The position numbers and the translations under genes were made by a program. Below are positions 35,101 to 48,433 of a DNA stretch of 64,000 nucleotides, one piece after another; position 1 is the stretch's first letter; every line of letters begins with the position of its first letter. The DNA lies in NCBI GenBank assembly GCA_963815195.1, contig CAWFGE010000009.1, positions 40,989 through 104,988 of the forward strand, given 5' to 3'. The notes under the pieces were generated by a model. That model worked only from the letters and a program-made list of their open reading frames with translations. It was not told the origin of the DNA and made no database searches. This DNA comes from an uncultured Planctomycetaceae bacterium. GTDB lineage: Bacteria > Planctomycetota > Planctomycetia > Planctomycetales > Planctomycetaceae.

Positions 35101-38100
35101 TTAATATTCGTGGTTTCAGCTTCGTAGGCCGTTTCTACGTTTTGCCAGGCAGATTGTTCGGCGGTGGCTTGGCCGACTAGGAACGTTGTGTAGGGCAGGC
35201 TCGCAGTGTTGTTGAGGGTGGTCAGGCTCGTCAGGCGGGCATTATAGTCGCCGGTGAGGTAGGTTTCCTCGGCGGTGGCGCGGGTGGTGTTGAAGAGCGT
35301 GCGGGCTGTCGAGTCGGCGGTGATGCGGGTGGACTCGGCGGCGGCGATGCTGTTTTCGTAGGTGTTGTCGGTTGTGGTCTGGCTAGTGAGATAGGTGCGG
35401 TCGAGGCCGGCGATGCCGACGTCGTAGGTGTCTTCGGCGGCGGCCCAGGCGTCGGTTTCGGTCTTGTCGGCCAGGGCCTCGGCGTCGGTCCAGGTGACGT
35501 CGGCATCGGCCAGGTCGATGGTATAGTTCATCTCCGCATCGGCAAGATCGGCGGTGTGGCCGTGCTCGGCGGTCTGGAGGGCGGCGGAGTTGTCGCTGCC
35601 GTCGAAGACTTGCGCCTGGGCCAACGCGATCTGATAGTCCCGCTCGGCCGTGGCCCGCGCGATGCGGCGGGCCTTCTGCGCCTCGGCCCGGTCGATGTTT
35701 AGTTCCTTATCCGCCGTCGCCACATCCACATCCCATTGTTCGTCGGCATGAGTCGTGGCGGTGTCATAGGCTTGACTCAGACCTAGTTCGCCGGTGCGGT
35801 AGATTTCCGCGTTGGTCTCCGAGCCGGTCAGATAGGTCACATCCGCATCGGCGATGCTGCGGCTTTCTTCCTCCTGGTCATCGGTCAGGGCATTGTCTAG
35901 GTTCGCTTCGGCCTGGGCCATATTGGTTTGAAAGGTGTCAAATACTGAAGCGAGGCCGCTCATCCAATCGGCAACAATGTCCGCCTGATAGAGGCCGTTC
36001 ATAACCCCCTGAGAACTATCCGTACCGGCCAGGGTCTGATAGCGCGCTTGTTGGCCGCTACTCGTACCGGTAAGGTAGGTCGTCGCATCCGTAGCCAGCG
36101 CGGTGGATTCATTCACGAGCGGCGAAACCATCGCCAGGCTGTAGGCTTCATCGGCGTCGGCGAGGGAATTGACGTAGCTGCGGTTGGCGTTTGCGATGTC
36201 GAGGTTATAGGCGTTCTCCGCGGCGGCTTCGCTGTTTTCGTAGGCGGTGCCGGCGGTGTTATAGCTCGTGTCGTAGGCGTCCTCGTCGGCGTTCGAGCTA
36301 TTAATATAGACGATGCGGGCGGTGCCCACGGCGGTGGCATAGGCAATTTCGGCGTCGCCGTAGGCGGTTTCGCGGGCGATCAAAGCGTTGCCGATACTGG
36401 TGACGCGGGTGACGTTGGCGGTTTTGTCGGCGGCGTTTCGCTGATCCTCGGCAGCGGCGACGGCGGCGTCGTAAGCCGCCACGGATTCGGGGCTGTCCTG
36501 TTCGATGTACTTCTGAGCCACCGCGGGCATGACGGCGGCAACGTACTCCACGTTGGCTTGGGCGGCGGCGTTGTCGTAGACCCGGTGGGCATCCGCCAGG
36601 GCGACGGCATAGGTGCCGCGGGCATAGGCTTCGGACTCGGCCCGCGTCGCTGCGGCGGTCTCGGCGGCGATGTTGTAGACGCCGCGATCTGAGGTCAGGG
36701 CGATGCCATAGGTTTTGTTCGCGGCTTCCGTACTTGTGACAAACGCGATCTCGGCCGTGTTGTCACTTGTGACATAAGTGGTTTCGGCGGTGTCATCGGC
36801 CGCGGTCAAGGCGGCGTCGGCGGCGGAGAGGGCGGTCTGTTCGGCGGCGTCGGCGGTTTGCCAATCCGTCAGAAAATCCCGTTCGGCGGCGGCCGCGGCC
36901 GCCTGGTAACTCCTGAGAAGATTGGGCGGCAGGGCCCCGAGATCTGTGGCCTGGACGGTCCAGAGATCGACTTGAAACATATCGGCGGCATTCGTTCGCG
37001 ACTTCGCGGTCGTCATCGTCCGCGGCGGTCGCTTGGGCGTCGTAAGCCGTGTCCGCGGCGGTGGACTCTGTACGGAACGTCGTCTCGGCGGACTCGGCGG
37101 CATTGTTATACGCCTCATCGGCCGTGGCGGCGGTCGTTTCCCAGGCGTTCTCGGCATCGGCGACTTCCTGGGCGAAGAGAATCCGCGCCCCCTTGACGGC
37201 GGTCGCCAGGGTATTGGACGCCGTCGCCATGTCTTGGGCGTAGGTTACGTGATGGTTTCCCACGTTTTGGGTCCAGGTCAAGCGGCTTTGCGCGGCCGCG
37301 TTCGCCCGCGCGGTGTGGGCGGCGGCCTGGCTCACACGTTCCTGGTAATAGGCCGCATCGGATTCCGCCGCGTACTCCGTCGAATCGATGACATCCCATG
37401 CCAGATCATAATCGGCATCCGCAATGGCGCGTTCGCGGGTCCACAGTGCGGCGTTGATGGCATTTTGGAGGGTCTGCCGCCCGGCGGCGAGGTCGTCCTG
37501 GTAGGTCTTGTTTTCCGCGACCACGGCCTTGGTGTGGGTTTTCTCGGCGAGAGCGGCGGCGGTGGCGTAATCGTACTGCCGATTGGCCAGTGTGGTGAGA
37601 TACTCGGCCCGGTCGGCGGCGTCGGCGGTTTCTTCGGTGTAATCGGCCCCGGCCAAGGCCCCATCCAAAATGGTGCGGGCCGAGGTCAGCGATTGGATTT
37701 CGTTGATCTGGGCCTGACCGAAACTGGTCTCGAAGGTGCTGTCCGCCGTGGTTATGGCGGAGAGGTAGGCGGACTCGGCGCCGGCGAGATCGGACTGTAA
37801 GCCGCCCCAGGGCGTGGGGGTGCCGGTGTTGAAGGCGCTCACTCTCTGGGCGTAATCGCCGGCCACGCCGCTACGGAAGGTATTGCCGTCGGCGCTGGCA
37901 TTTTGGTTGAGGGCGACTTCGTCCTCGGCGATGTGGTCCTCAGCGGTTTCGCGGGCCGGGTCCACGGTGTCCTCGAACGTCTTGATCGCCCCGGCGAAGG
38001 AGTCGTCTCGCTCCAAGGCGGCATTGATGGCGGTGATGGTGGCATCTCGCCGGGCCGCCGCGAACGCGACATCGCGAGTGTACTGGGCATCCGCCGTGCG

Positions 38101-41100
38101 GTTGCGTTCGGTTTGCTCGGAGGCGTGCAGGGCGACGGTGAAGTCGTAGTCCGCTTGCCCGCGGGCGGCGGCCAGTATCTCCCTCGCCGCGATGGCCCCG
38201 TAAGTGTAGGTCCTATTGACTCCCGCCATTTCCCGGTTGTAGTTTTCCACGTTCTCCGCCATTGCGGCGTCGTATGTGGCCGTACCACCACCCGCCTCTA
38301 AGACCAGTTCGTCCTCGGCATTGGCGATCGACCAATTGTTGACGGCCACGGTCGAATCCACCCACCGCGCGGCATCGATCACATGGATCGCGTCTTGATA
38401 CGTTTCCACATCCTCGGCTTCCTGGTTACGGCGGTCCCGGCGGCTCGACGCATCTTGAAGTTCCCGATCCCGGCGGGCGGCATGGACCTCCAGATCGTAA
38501 TCCCGGACGGCATCGGCTTCCTGGACGGCGCGGGTCGTTGCCGCCGCGTTGTCCTCCTCGGCTTCGGTGTGGAGCGCGGATGCAATTTCCTCCTCTTCGG
38601 TGTGGGTGGCATCGGCTTCCGTGTTGACCAGCGTTCCGGTTTCCGCGACGACGCCTTGGATGTAAGTCGTGCGATCGTGTGCCGAGTGCTGCTTGGTAGT
38701 CCGACCAGAAATCCTGCTCAAAGCCGTCCCAGGCGACCAATGCCGATTCCTGATCCGAGACGATCCCGGTCGTCCGCGCCTCTTCGGCGGCCTCAAAAGC
38801 CAACGTCCGTGCCCGTTCGGCATCGGCATAGGCATCGTCTCGTACCTCGTCGGCCGCCGCGATGCGGTTGTCGCGGATTTCCGCGGCAATGGCCACGGCC
38901 ACGGCATAACCGTGCTGCCGGAGCGCGCGTTGCTCGTTATCCCAGTATTCCACTTCCGCTTCGGCATTGTCCACGAGCCGCTGGGATTCCGAAATAGCCT
39001 GATCCCGCACCCGTGCGGCGTCGGACTCGGCGTCATCGAACACTTTCTGCGCCTGGGAATAATCTGTGGCATAGGTCAAGTCCGCGGCGGCAACAGCCGT
39101 TGACCTGATCCATGTAGGCCTGATTATAGATACTTCGCCAAAGTGCTCCGGCATCAAGCGAAGCGGCATCGTAATCCGCATCCGCCTGCGCGGCGTAGGC
39201 GTCATAGCCGGCCTGGTCTTCGTTGGGGTCCGGGGCCCCTTCCATTGCGGCATCGTACGCATCCGAGGCCGCCTGCATCGCGGCACTGTAGGCCGCGTCC
39301 GCCGCTGCGACGCCCGCGATAAAGGCATCACTGGCGATGGTGATTTGATCGCCCCACGTGGCCGTGATGTCCAAATAGGCTTGATCGTAAATCGCCTGCG
39401 CCGCGGCCACCGTCGCGTCGTACTCTGCCTGGGCCGCCGCCGTTCTCTGCTCGTGGTTAATGGATTCCACGGCGAGATCGATCGTGGGATGCGGCGGCAG
39501 CGGGGCATCGCGGGCATCGCGGGCTGCTCTTTCAGCCTCCTGATATTCCTGATTCGCGGCCGCGATCTCTTGGGCGTGGACATCATCGGCGGTTTGGATG
39601 GCGTTCCGGTATGCCGTCTCCGCGGCATTCACCGCCTGGTTGTAAGCGTTCTCCAGTGTGGCTAATTCATCCTGGTAGACGATGTCCTTGTCGAAGTCGT
39701 ATTCCCGGCCGTCGTAGCGTGCCGGATCCACGTAAAACTCGTCCTGGCCCGTCCAGGGATCCGCCGCCAGGCTTGGCAAGTCCGGCCAGGCGAAGTCCGG
39801 CAATTCAAAGCTGGTGGGATCCCCGGAAAAATTCGCGAGATCGGCTTGATACTGGGATTCCGCGGCGGCGAGAGCGTTCAAATAATCGGTCTGCGCGGCG
39901 GCGAACTGCGTCTCCCACAACCGCTGCGCTCCGGAGAGCGTGTCGTTCAGTGTGTTCGTCGCTGTTTCCAGGACGGTCCGATAATTCGTTTCAGCCGTTT
40001 GCCAGGCCGTCTGAAAAACCTGGTCCGCCGTGTCAAGCGCCTGCTCATAAATGCTGCGGGCGTCCGCGGTTTGGTCCTCGTAGTCCGACAACTGGGTGCG
40101 ATCCTGCTGCGCCGCGGTGCCGTCCGGGTCGGAACTGAAAACGAAGGCATATAAATACCACGGACTGACAATTGTTTGCCCATTCGCTTCCGTTGAGGTC
40201 CGGGCCCGCAGCGGAACGATCCCCGTTTTGGGCGAAGCCGGCGTATAGGAAAACTGTCCGCCGCCGGCCGTGGTGGCCGTGCCGTCCACCTTGCCGTCGC
40301 TGTCGTGGTCGAACTCGATCGTGATCCCGTCTAACACGCCCTCGCCCGCGATTTGCCCGGTGACCTCGGGATCGGCGGTCACGCGGTCCGTGGCGGACAG
40401 GCCGGTGTCGTTGACGAGGTGCATCTCGCTGACGTGCAAATCCGTCCGCGGCAACTCTTCCAGCGTAAACGTGATCGAGACCCAACTGCCGTAAAGCGTC
40501 TGTTTTCCGTCGGTGATTTCCACGCGCGGGCGGCGACGGTGTGGCCTCCCGCCTCCAAGCCTTGCGGGGCGTAACTGAACGCACCCGTGTCACCCGTGAC
40601 GGTGGTGCCTTCGTAGATGCCGTCCCCGTCGTGGTCGAACTGCACGATGATTCCGCCGACGTTCCCATCATTGGTGACCTGCCCGGTCAATGCCGCATTG
40701 GTGCTGATGTTGTCATCGGTCACATCGCCCGTGTCTTCCATCAAAGACAGTTGCGAAACTTCCGCTGGGGCATTGCCGGGCTTTTCATATGTGAAGCTGA
40801 ATGCGGTCCAGTCTCCGGTGTTGACGGCCCCTGTGACAGGATCAGTTTCCCGCGTTCGCACCTGGTACGTCACCGCGCCCTCGGGCAGTTCGGCGGGCCG
40901 CATTTGAAACTCCCCGCCGGCGTCGGTTTGCGTGACTAGGTCGGCCGTGCCGTCGTTGTCGGTGTCCACCTCGATCGTCACCCCGCCCAGCGAGCCTTCA
41001 TTGACGATGCGGCCCTTGATCGAAGGATCGCTGGTGATCCCGTCGTCGGTCACATCGCCGGTGTCCTCCGCCAGAGTCAGCGCGGCATAGGTCGGAGCCA

Positions 41101-44100
41101 GATCGGGCTCGTCTTCCAACGTAAACGTGATCGATTGCCAACTTCCGGCGAGTTCGGTGTGTGTGCGGGGATCCCATTCCACCGCCCGCGCAGAGATTGT
41201 ATGCGCACCGAGCGAGAGGGCGTCCGGCGAAAACAGGAACTCGCCCGCAGCGTCGGGAAAGGCCCATTCGTCGGCCGCCTGGTCGCCGTCCAGATCGACT
41301 TCGACCGTGGTCCAGGCGAAATCGGTGTCGTTGGTCACGCGGCCGAACAGCGTCGGGTTGGCGGTGATCCCGTCCGCGGGATCGCTGCCGGTGTCGGCCC
41401 GCAGTTCCAGCGTATCAATTTCGGGGGGCTGATTGGTCACCGCTTCCAGGGTAAAGCTGAAAGGCGTCCACGTGCCGTAGGAAATCGTGCGGGTGGCCAG
41501 ATCGTATTCGCGGGTGCGGGCGGAGATCGTCACCGATCCCAGCGCCAGTCCCGCGGCATAATACACGAAACCGCCCGCGGCGTCGCTGTGGACATCGTCA
41601 TCGGCCACGCCGTCACCATCGAGGTCGAGCTCAACAATGATGTAGTCGCTGGTCCCCTCACCGGAGAGCGTGCCGGTGATCCGCCGGTCCGAGGTAACGA
41701 GATCGGTGTCGGACGTGCCGGTGTCGTTTACCAGGGCGAGATCCACTACGTCCAAGTTGTCGTGGAGCGGGGCTTCCTTGGTGAAGCTGAAACTCGTCCA
41801 ATCGCCGGCCACCTGCGTGCCCTGCTGGACATCGTCAACCACGGCCCGGGCCTGAATGGTCACCGCGCCCGGCGATAGCGCGGGGACGTAATATATGAAA
41901 CTCCCGTCGTAGGCGGTTTGGGTTTGGCCGTCTGCCACGCCGTCCCCGTCGCGGTCGAACTGCACGGTCACATAGGCGATAGTCTCCCCTTCAAGCTGGC
42001 CCGTGAGCGTGGGATCGGTCGTGATGCCGTCGTCGGTGATGTCTCCCGTATCATTCAAGAGGCCGAGGGAGGAAACCGTGGGGGCCGACACGCCCTCATA
42101 CGTGAACGCGATACTGAACCAGTCGCCGAGAATGTCTGCGCCCAGTTCGGCATCGTAGCGGGCCGCCCGCGCCTGGACCGTCACATTGCCGGACGCCAGA
42201 CCTTGGAGGCGATATTGGAAACTCCCGTCGCCGGCCGTCCAGGTTGTGCCGTCCACGGCGCCATCCCCATTTTGGTCAAAGTCGATGCGGATCGGCGTTC
42301 CCGGCAATGCGTCCGTCTGCCCGACCAATGTCGTCATCCGTCGTAATCCCGTCGCTGTCCGAATCGCCGGTGTCGGTTTCCAATCCCAATGCAGTCACCT
42401 GCGTCGCCGGATTGGGCACCAGTTCAAACGTGAACGATTCCCAAGGCCCTCTCAGGTAAGCCTGGTAGGACGTGCTCCATTCCAAAGCCCGCACATAAAT
42501 GTTCTGGCTGCCGTAGGCCAAGCCGTGTGGCGTCGCGGTGAAGACGTTTTCGGCGGAATCGAGGGCCGTCCTGGTTCGGGCCGTGAGATCGACGGTGCCG
42601 TCGCCGTCCAGGTCCAATTCCACGGGGCGGTAGGCTTGGCTCGCTGTGCCTTGGACCTGTCCAGTCAGCGTCGGATCCCAGGTGACCTGTCCGCCTTGCG
42701 TATCGTTGACCAGGGCCAGACTGACGATCGTGTCGGTCGAGGGCGGCAGTGCGACGACCGTCAAGTCATACGCCACCCACGGTCCGGTGTCCGTCACCGC
42801 CCCGTCCCCATCCAAGCGGACCAGGCGATAATTCAGCACCAAGTCTCCCAGATAATCCGCCAGTGCGGGATCGCTGTCCCGCGGATCATATTGAAAACTT
42901 TCTCCCCCGGCAGTCGCGATGTCGACTTGGCCGTCCTCGACGCCGTCCCCGTTATGATCGAACTCCACCCGGCCGCTGCCGGTGGCCGTCGTGCCGTTCA
43001 CGGTGCCCACCACGGTGGGATGCACGCTGTCGCGGTCGTAGTCCGAATCGCCCGTATCCAGCCATAACCCGAAATCATCCACCGTCAGCCCATCCACGGC
43101 GGGGGGCGATTCCAAGGTATAGTCAAAGTCTTGCCAGCCGCCCGTCGATTGGATATTTCCCGCAGCGTCGCGTTTTACCAGCCGATATTGAAGCGACAGG
43201 CTGCCCGTGAAGCCGTTCAACGCGGGATCGAAGCGCAGGGGGTTATACACGAACGATTGTCCGCTCGCGCCAAAGGACAACACGCCTTCCGCCGTCCCGT
43301 CCCCATCGTGATCCCATTCGAGATTGACGGTGCCGACCCCGAAACCGCCATCCACCGTGCCGGTGATCCGCGGATCCCAGGTCACCAGATCGCTTGAGGA
43401 ATTGCCGGTGTCTTGGACCAATTGCAAATTATCGACGGAAAGCGGGGGAAGGCCGATTTCCAGCGTCACCGTAGCCACGTCGCTCATCGCTATGCCGTCA
43501 TCAGCCCGGTAGGTAAAGGAGTCCACGCCCGTGTAACCCGATTCGGGATCGAACGTGAAAGAGCCGTCGCTGAGCAAGACCAACGTGCCGTGACTCGGCC
43601 CCTGGGCGACGGCGGCGGTCAGGGTATCGTTGTCGGCATCCGTATCATTCGCCAATAATCCCGTGGCTGTCGGCACGACCAACTGGGTGTCTAAACCGAC
43701 CACGTAAAGATCGTCGTTCGCCACCGGCGCCGCATTCGAGGCCGTGATGGTCAATGTGACGGTGGCCGTGTTGCTCGTGTTTTGGCCATCATACGCCCTG
43801 TAGGTAAAGCTGTCCTGGCCCGTATAGCCGCTGTTTGGGGTATACACGAAAGAGCCGTCGTCCGAGAGGTTCAGTATTCCATACTGCGGCCCATTCTCGA
43901 CCGTGGCGGTCAGCGGATCGTTTTCGGGATCGGTATCGTTGACCAACAGACCTTGGGCGGCATTGATCGTCAGTTGGGCGTTTTCCGCGACCTCGTAAGA
44001 ATCGTCAACCGCCGTGGGGGCGCCGCTACTGCCGGCGGACGTCACGCTGATCGTGACCGTCGCCGTGCCGACCAACGCGCCGGGATCCACGGCCTCGACC

Positions 44101-45437
44101 GTCAGCGTGTATTCCGATTGGGTGGCTGCATCGAGCGTGCCGTCCACCGTGATGTCCCCGGTGCTGCTGTCGATTGCAAAGGGCGCACTGCTAGAGGCGG
44201 CCTCGAATTGATAGGTAATGGAATCGCCGTCCGCATCGCTGGCCCACACGCCCAATACCAAGGTGCCGACCGATGCATCGTCCTGAATCGACCCCGAATA
44301 GTTGGAGGAATCGAACGCCGGTGCAACGTTCCCGGTCCCTGTCACGTCGATCGTCACCGTGGCGCTGTTCCCATCGTCGAGTCCATCGTTGAGATGATAG
44401 GAAAACGAGTCAGATCCCACATATCCTGCGTCTGGCTGATAGACGAAAGAGCCGTCTTGCTGAAGGACGACGTGACCGTTTTGTCCGTCCGCATCCAGAT
44501 GGGCCGTCAACGCGTCCCCCTCTGCATCGTAATCATTGGCCAGCACGCCCTCAATAACATTCACGGTCAACGACTGGTCCTGACTGATTGTGTAGTTGTC
44601 GTCGTAGGCTTCCGGCGGCGTATTCGTGCTCGTTTCCAGGACTTCAATCTCGACGTAGGCGATATCGCTGTTCTGAGTCCCGTCAGAGACATAGTAATAG
44701 AATCCATCATATCCGCTGTAGTTTGGATCGGGCGTGTAGGAAAACGACCCGTCTCCCAGCAGATCCAGAAAGCCGTATGTCGCGTCCGTATCGAGGTGCA
44801 CCGTGAGCGGATCACCGTCTGGGTCGCTGTCGTTCGCCAAAACGCCGTTGCCGGTGCTCACAGTCAGTACGTCGTTTTCGTCCACGCTATAACTATCATC
44901 GGTGACTTGAGGAGGATCATTGACCGCCGTCACGCTGATGGTCACGGTGGTCGAGCCAACCAACTCGCCGGGATCCACGGCTTGGGCCGTGAGGGTGTAT
45001 TCCGATTGGGTGGCGGCATCGAGTGGACCGTTGACGGTGATGTCCCCACTGCTGCTGTCGATCGCAAAGGGCGCGGTGCTGGAAGCGGTGTCGAATTGAA
45101 AGGTCACCATATCGCCGTCACCGTCATTAGCCCACACGTTGAGAACCCAAGTGTCCTGCGCGGCATTCTCCAGAACCGTTGCGGCATAGCTGGATTGCTC
45201 GAAGACGGGAGCGACGGTCAACAGCACACGCTCCTCTAACCGCTCCACGTCCGCCAACCGGCGGGCACCTTCAGAAATTCGATTCCGGCGCACGGACCGG
45301 CAATGCGCCCGCCGAGAAAACGACCGCACGGACAACTGAAAAAACAAGCCACTCAGCCAATGGGTCAATTTCACAGGTAGGCACTCCGTAGACGTGGCAT
45401 TCAAGGGGGACTTGCACATCGCAGCATCCACCCGCAC
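32181..45437 (-). CDS. Giant polymorphic toxin B (~4400 aa if frameshifts are repaired): LEPR-xLL leader, cadherin/Ig repeats, Ala-rich helical stalk, Hint, AHH nuclease
   Basis: VERLEERVLLT; cadherin APVF..Y..V.EN and GVLANDSDPDGD repeats; DTG..D.IT.DP Ig repeats; Hint CFVAGTPV (33152) to WVHN (32739); QAAHHIVP..IDINAAENGV.L..H. Likely start is GTG at 45374. Confidence 0.85.
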
Positions 45438-46574
45438 AGAAATCCGTTACCAAAGCGTTAGCGGATTAAAAAAACCTGACGAAACCGAGACTGATCGCGG
45501 TCGTGTAGCAGCCGAGAACAAATTGTGAATTGTATTGTAAGGCGGTCCCGAACGCCTCGGCAGCGGGAGACTCGCGAGAGTGCCTCCTTTCTAAAGGCAG
45601 GTTGATTAGACTGCGCTCACACAGGATGACGAGAAGCAACATCTAACACGAACGCGATCGTCAGAGCTACTAAAAAAGCCATCGCTGAAATATTTTTTCA
45701 AAAGTTTTTTGCCGGAATTGGTGGAAACACGTGAGCGATGTGGTAGTCATACCTATGACAATCGAATGGGAAAGATTTGTCGCACGCGAAACTGGAATGT
45801 TTGGGATGTTTGCCGGTTGCATGTGAGACCGTGAGGCGAGGTAGCTCAGTTCGACGACGGCCCGCTGTTTCGGAGGGTACCTTTGCGGTACAGAGCGTGC
45901 GGCCTTATAATAGGTGTGTCATATAATGTCACACTTTCGTCGAAAATCTCCGTTTGAACTTCCGAGCGTTGACCAACACTCTCCATTTCCTCCCGACAAA
46001 ATTCGTCAGGCGGAGGTGCTTTGGGACCCTCCCCGTGGAGATCCAGAGTGGGGTCGACGCCCTCGCGAACGGACGGCCCGGTGGCCCAAATCCCACTTGG
46101 TCCGATCCCGGGACAGCGGAGGGAAAACCGGGCGATCCGTCGAGAATCGCGGCAAGGGCTGACCACCGGCGTCCGCGTGCGGGAGACCAACGACCACGTG
46201 GAGATGGTAGTTTCGATTGGCGTCAATGGAATCTTCCGCCCTCGCTGTGGAAGGTAAATCCGATCCTCCTACAAACGCCGGCCGTGGTCGAGACGGTGGA
46301 GGATTGCCGGCCGCACGACCGAGGGCAAAACCGTCGAGAGCGCATCGCCCCCGCAGCGAAAACACGGGCCTCGAAGAGACGACAATCAGCCAGCTTCAAT
46401 ACCCGCTCACCGACCGCAAGGACCTCTACCCGGTGCGGCCGGCGGTTTGTTTTCCACGGCCGTCGATCTGCTCGGCTTTTTCAGATGCTGGCGAACGGCG
46501 GCGAGTTTGATAGGCATCCTTTTCTCTCAGAAGGTGCCTTCAAGACGCTGGCCAGCAAGCAAACCCCGGACTCA

Positions 46575-46737
46575 AGCACGAGCTCGCCGAGATGCTGCCG
46601 CACGATGACGATGCCAGCCGCCTAGCCAAGAACTGCTATCACTGGCCCGAATTCTTCCAGAAGCACGGGGTCGAGCTTTCCAAGTTGGATGCCAAAGCCA
46701 CGGTCTGGGGCCATTGCCATCACAAGGCGACGGGCGG
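46575..46737 (+). pseudogene. Fragment of an FAD-linked/Fe-S oxidoreductase C-terminus
   Basis: HELAEMLPHDDDASRLAKN..ATVWGHCHHKATGG (CCG-type motif). Confidence 0.5.
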
Positions 46738-46760
46738 ATCCGGATACACCACCTGCCCGT

Positions 46761-46882
46761 TGACGCTGGGCCACGCCGCGGGCACGATTGCCCACAAGCA
46801 TTACAGCCAAGCTCCTCAAAAGCTCCTGGATGACGCCATTGAGTGGCTGGGATATGAGTTGGGAATCACGACGGGGCTGTAG
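46761..46882 (+). pseudogene. C-terminal tail of a tyrosine recombinase
   Basis: LGHAAGTIAHKHYSQAP..LDDAIEWLG fits the box II LGH..Y pattern; followed by a 21-bp-arm hairpin at 46876-46931. Confidence 0.6.
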
Positions 46883-47048
46883 CGGGCCGCTACTCGCGAA
46901 ACCAGTCTAACGAGTAGCGGAGGGCTACAGCATCGCGGGCCGCAGCGGGGAGTTTCCATTGACGCCAATAGAAACAAGGGAAGCCCGGCCGAGTGTGTGG
47001 CGACCGGGCTTCCGGGGGCGGCCTGCCGAGTCCAGGCCCCGATAAGCT

Positions 47049-47454
47049 CTATTCTCCCTCTTCGAGTCGCAAGGGTGTCAACCAGCCAATCTCATCAAAA
47101 AACTGGATGGCCGATCGCATGCCGTCTCCGTGCTGAAAGGACTGGACACCCCCCGTTTCTTCCCAAAACTCAGCCGCCTGTAGCAGCTCTCGCCGGCTGC
47201 TCCCAGCGTATTCGTGGTCATATACCGATGGCTTGCCCAGCGAATTGAGAACGTCGGCCGGGACCAAAAACTCCCGCTCGCCCACTTCGTGTTCGTCGAA
47301 AGCGTCGTCGGGAACATCGAGACACAAAATCACGTTGCCCAGAACCCCGTCACTGGCGTCTAGCGGCTTATCAGCGGCCCAGACCGGGCCGCGAAACCCT
47401 TCTTTAAAAATTCGCCGGGTTTCGTCAACCGTCGTTGTTACGAAAACTCGCCAT
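47049..47454 (-). CDS. Hypothetical protein (frameshift near start)
   Basis: Open frame RVFVTTTVDETRRIFKEGFRGPVWAADKPLD..GNVILCLDVP..EREFLVPADVLN extends upstream of the tracked ORF. Confidence 0.5.
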
Positions 47455-47674
47455 CACTGGCTCCGCTTTTCGGGGATGTAGGTTCCCGCCGGGACTGTCT
47501 TGGTTTCGACTTCGATTTCGTGCTCGGCTGCATGACGACTCAACCGTCTTGGTTTCGACGACGATTTCCCCGCCGCCGACGGTGCGGGGGTTTCCTTCGC
47601 GGATCGTGACTTCCTGGTGATCTTTTTCGTTCATCGCGATGACCTCCAAAAAAGTATTGACGCCAATAGAAACT

Positions 47675-47862
47675 TACGTGAGCGGATCGTCAAAGCTGTT
47701 CACGCCGATCTCAACGAGAACCGACCGCAGGATGCGTTTCTTGGTTTCTGCCGATGTGGTGGAGTGGCTCCAGAGTTTCGTCAAGTCCGAACCCAATTCC
47801 AGCAATTGTTGCCGATTCTGATCGCTGAGAAAGATGATCTGGGACTCCGACTTGGCCATCTC
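47675..47862 (-). pseudogene. Internal fragment of a large serine recombinase C-terminal region
   Basis: LSDQNRQQLLELGSDLTKLWSHSTTSAETKKRILRSVLVEI; bounded by repeat B on one side and palindrome A on the other. Confidence 0.55.
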
Positions 47863-48178
47863 GTCCCAGGTCTCAGAAAATAAGCCACTGGGCAGGCATT
47901 TCGAAAAACAAAAGTGTAACGAAATGCTCCCACGATTGATACACTTGTCGGTTCGGTGAGATTGGCGGGTTCGGCACCCTTCGGTCGACCGACGGCCGAA
48001 GAATTCGAAACCGCCAAAACCAAACCAGAGAATCCCCCACATCCCGCCGAGTCCGCTGATTAGGCCGCTTCGGTGTCTCCAGGTTCATTGGCATCCCGCC
48101 CCGCTTCTATCCGCGCGTTCGCCGATTCTCTCTGCCAAAGAGTAAGAAGAAGAACCCCCGCAAAAATCCGATTCATCG

Positions 48179-48234
48179 GCGAAAACCCAGCGATTGGATA
48201 CCCGCGCGGCGGGGGCGGGGTCTGAGAAGGACCC
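48179..48234 (-). other. Lambda-type cos-like site
   Basis: GGGTCCT-23 nt ending in GCG-CGGGTATCCAAT-CGCTGGGTTTTCGC, compared with lambda GGGTCCT-23 nt ending in ACG-GGGCGGCGACCT-CGCGGGTTTTCGC. Confidence 0.55.
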
Positions 48235-48433
48235 GCGCTTGCTTCCGCTTCCACTGAGATGGGAAAAGAGGCTCTTGCCGAAGCAGCTTTCCGAAACCCA
48301 GCCATTTGGAAGGGTAACTGCGGCAATTTTTTGTTACCCGCCCCTGTTTTGCACGAAATTGACAAGGAGGCCTTGACTCATTTCGGGCTTTTCGACTGTT
48401 ATTGTCTAAGGCTTGTTTTCAAGGATTTTCGCC

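Noticed and set aside
45440..45850. Riboswitch or ncRNA in the long leader of toxin B
   Set aside because: No recognisable c-di-GMP or other aptamer consensus by eye; needs an Rfam scan.
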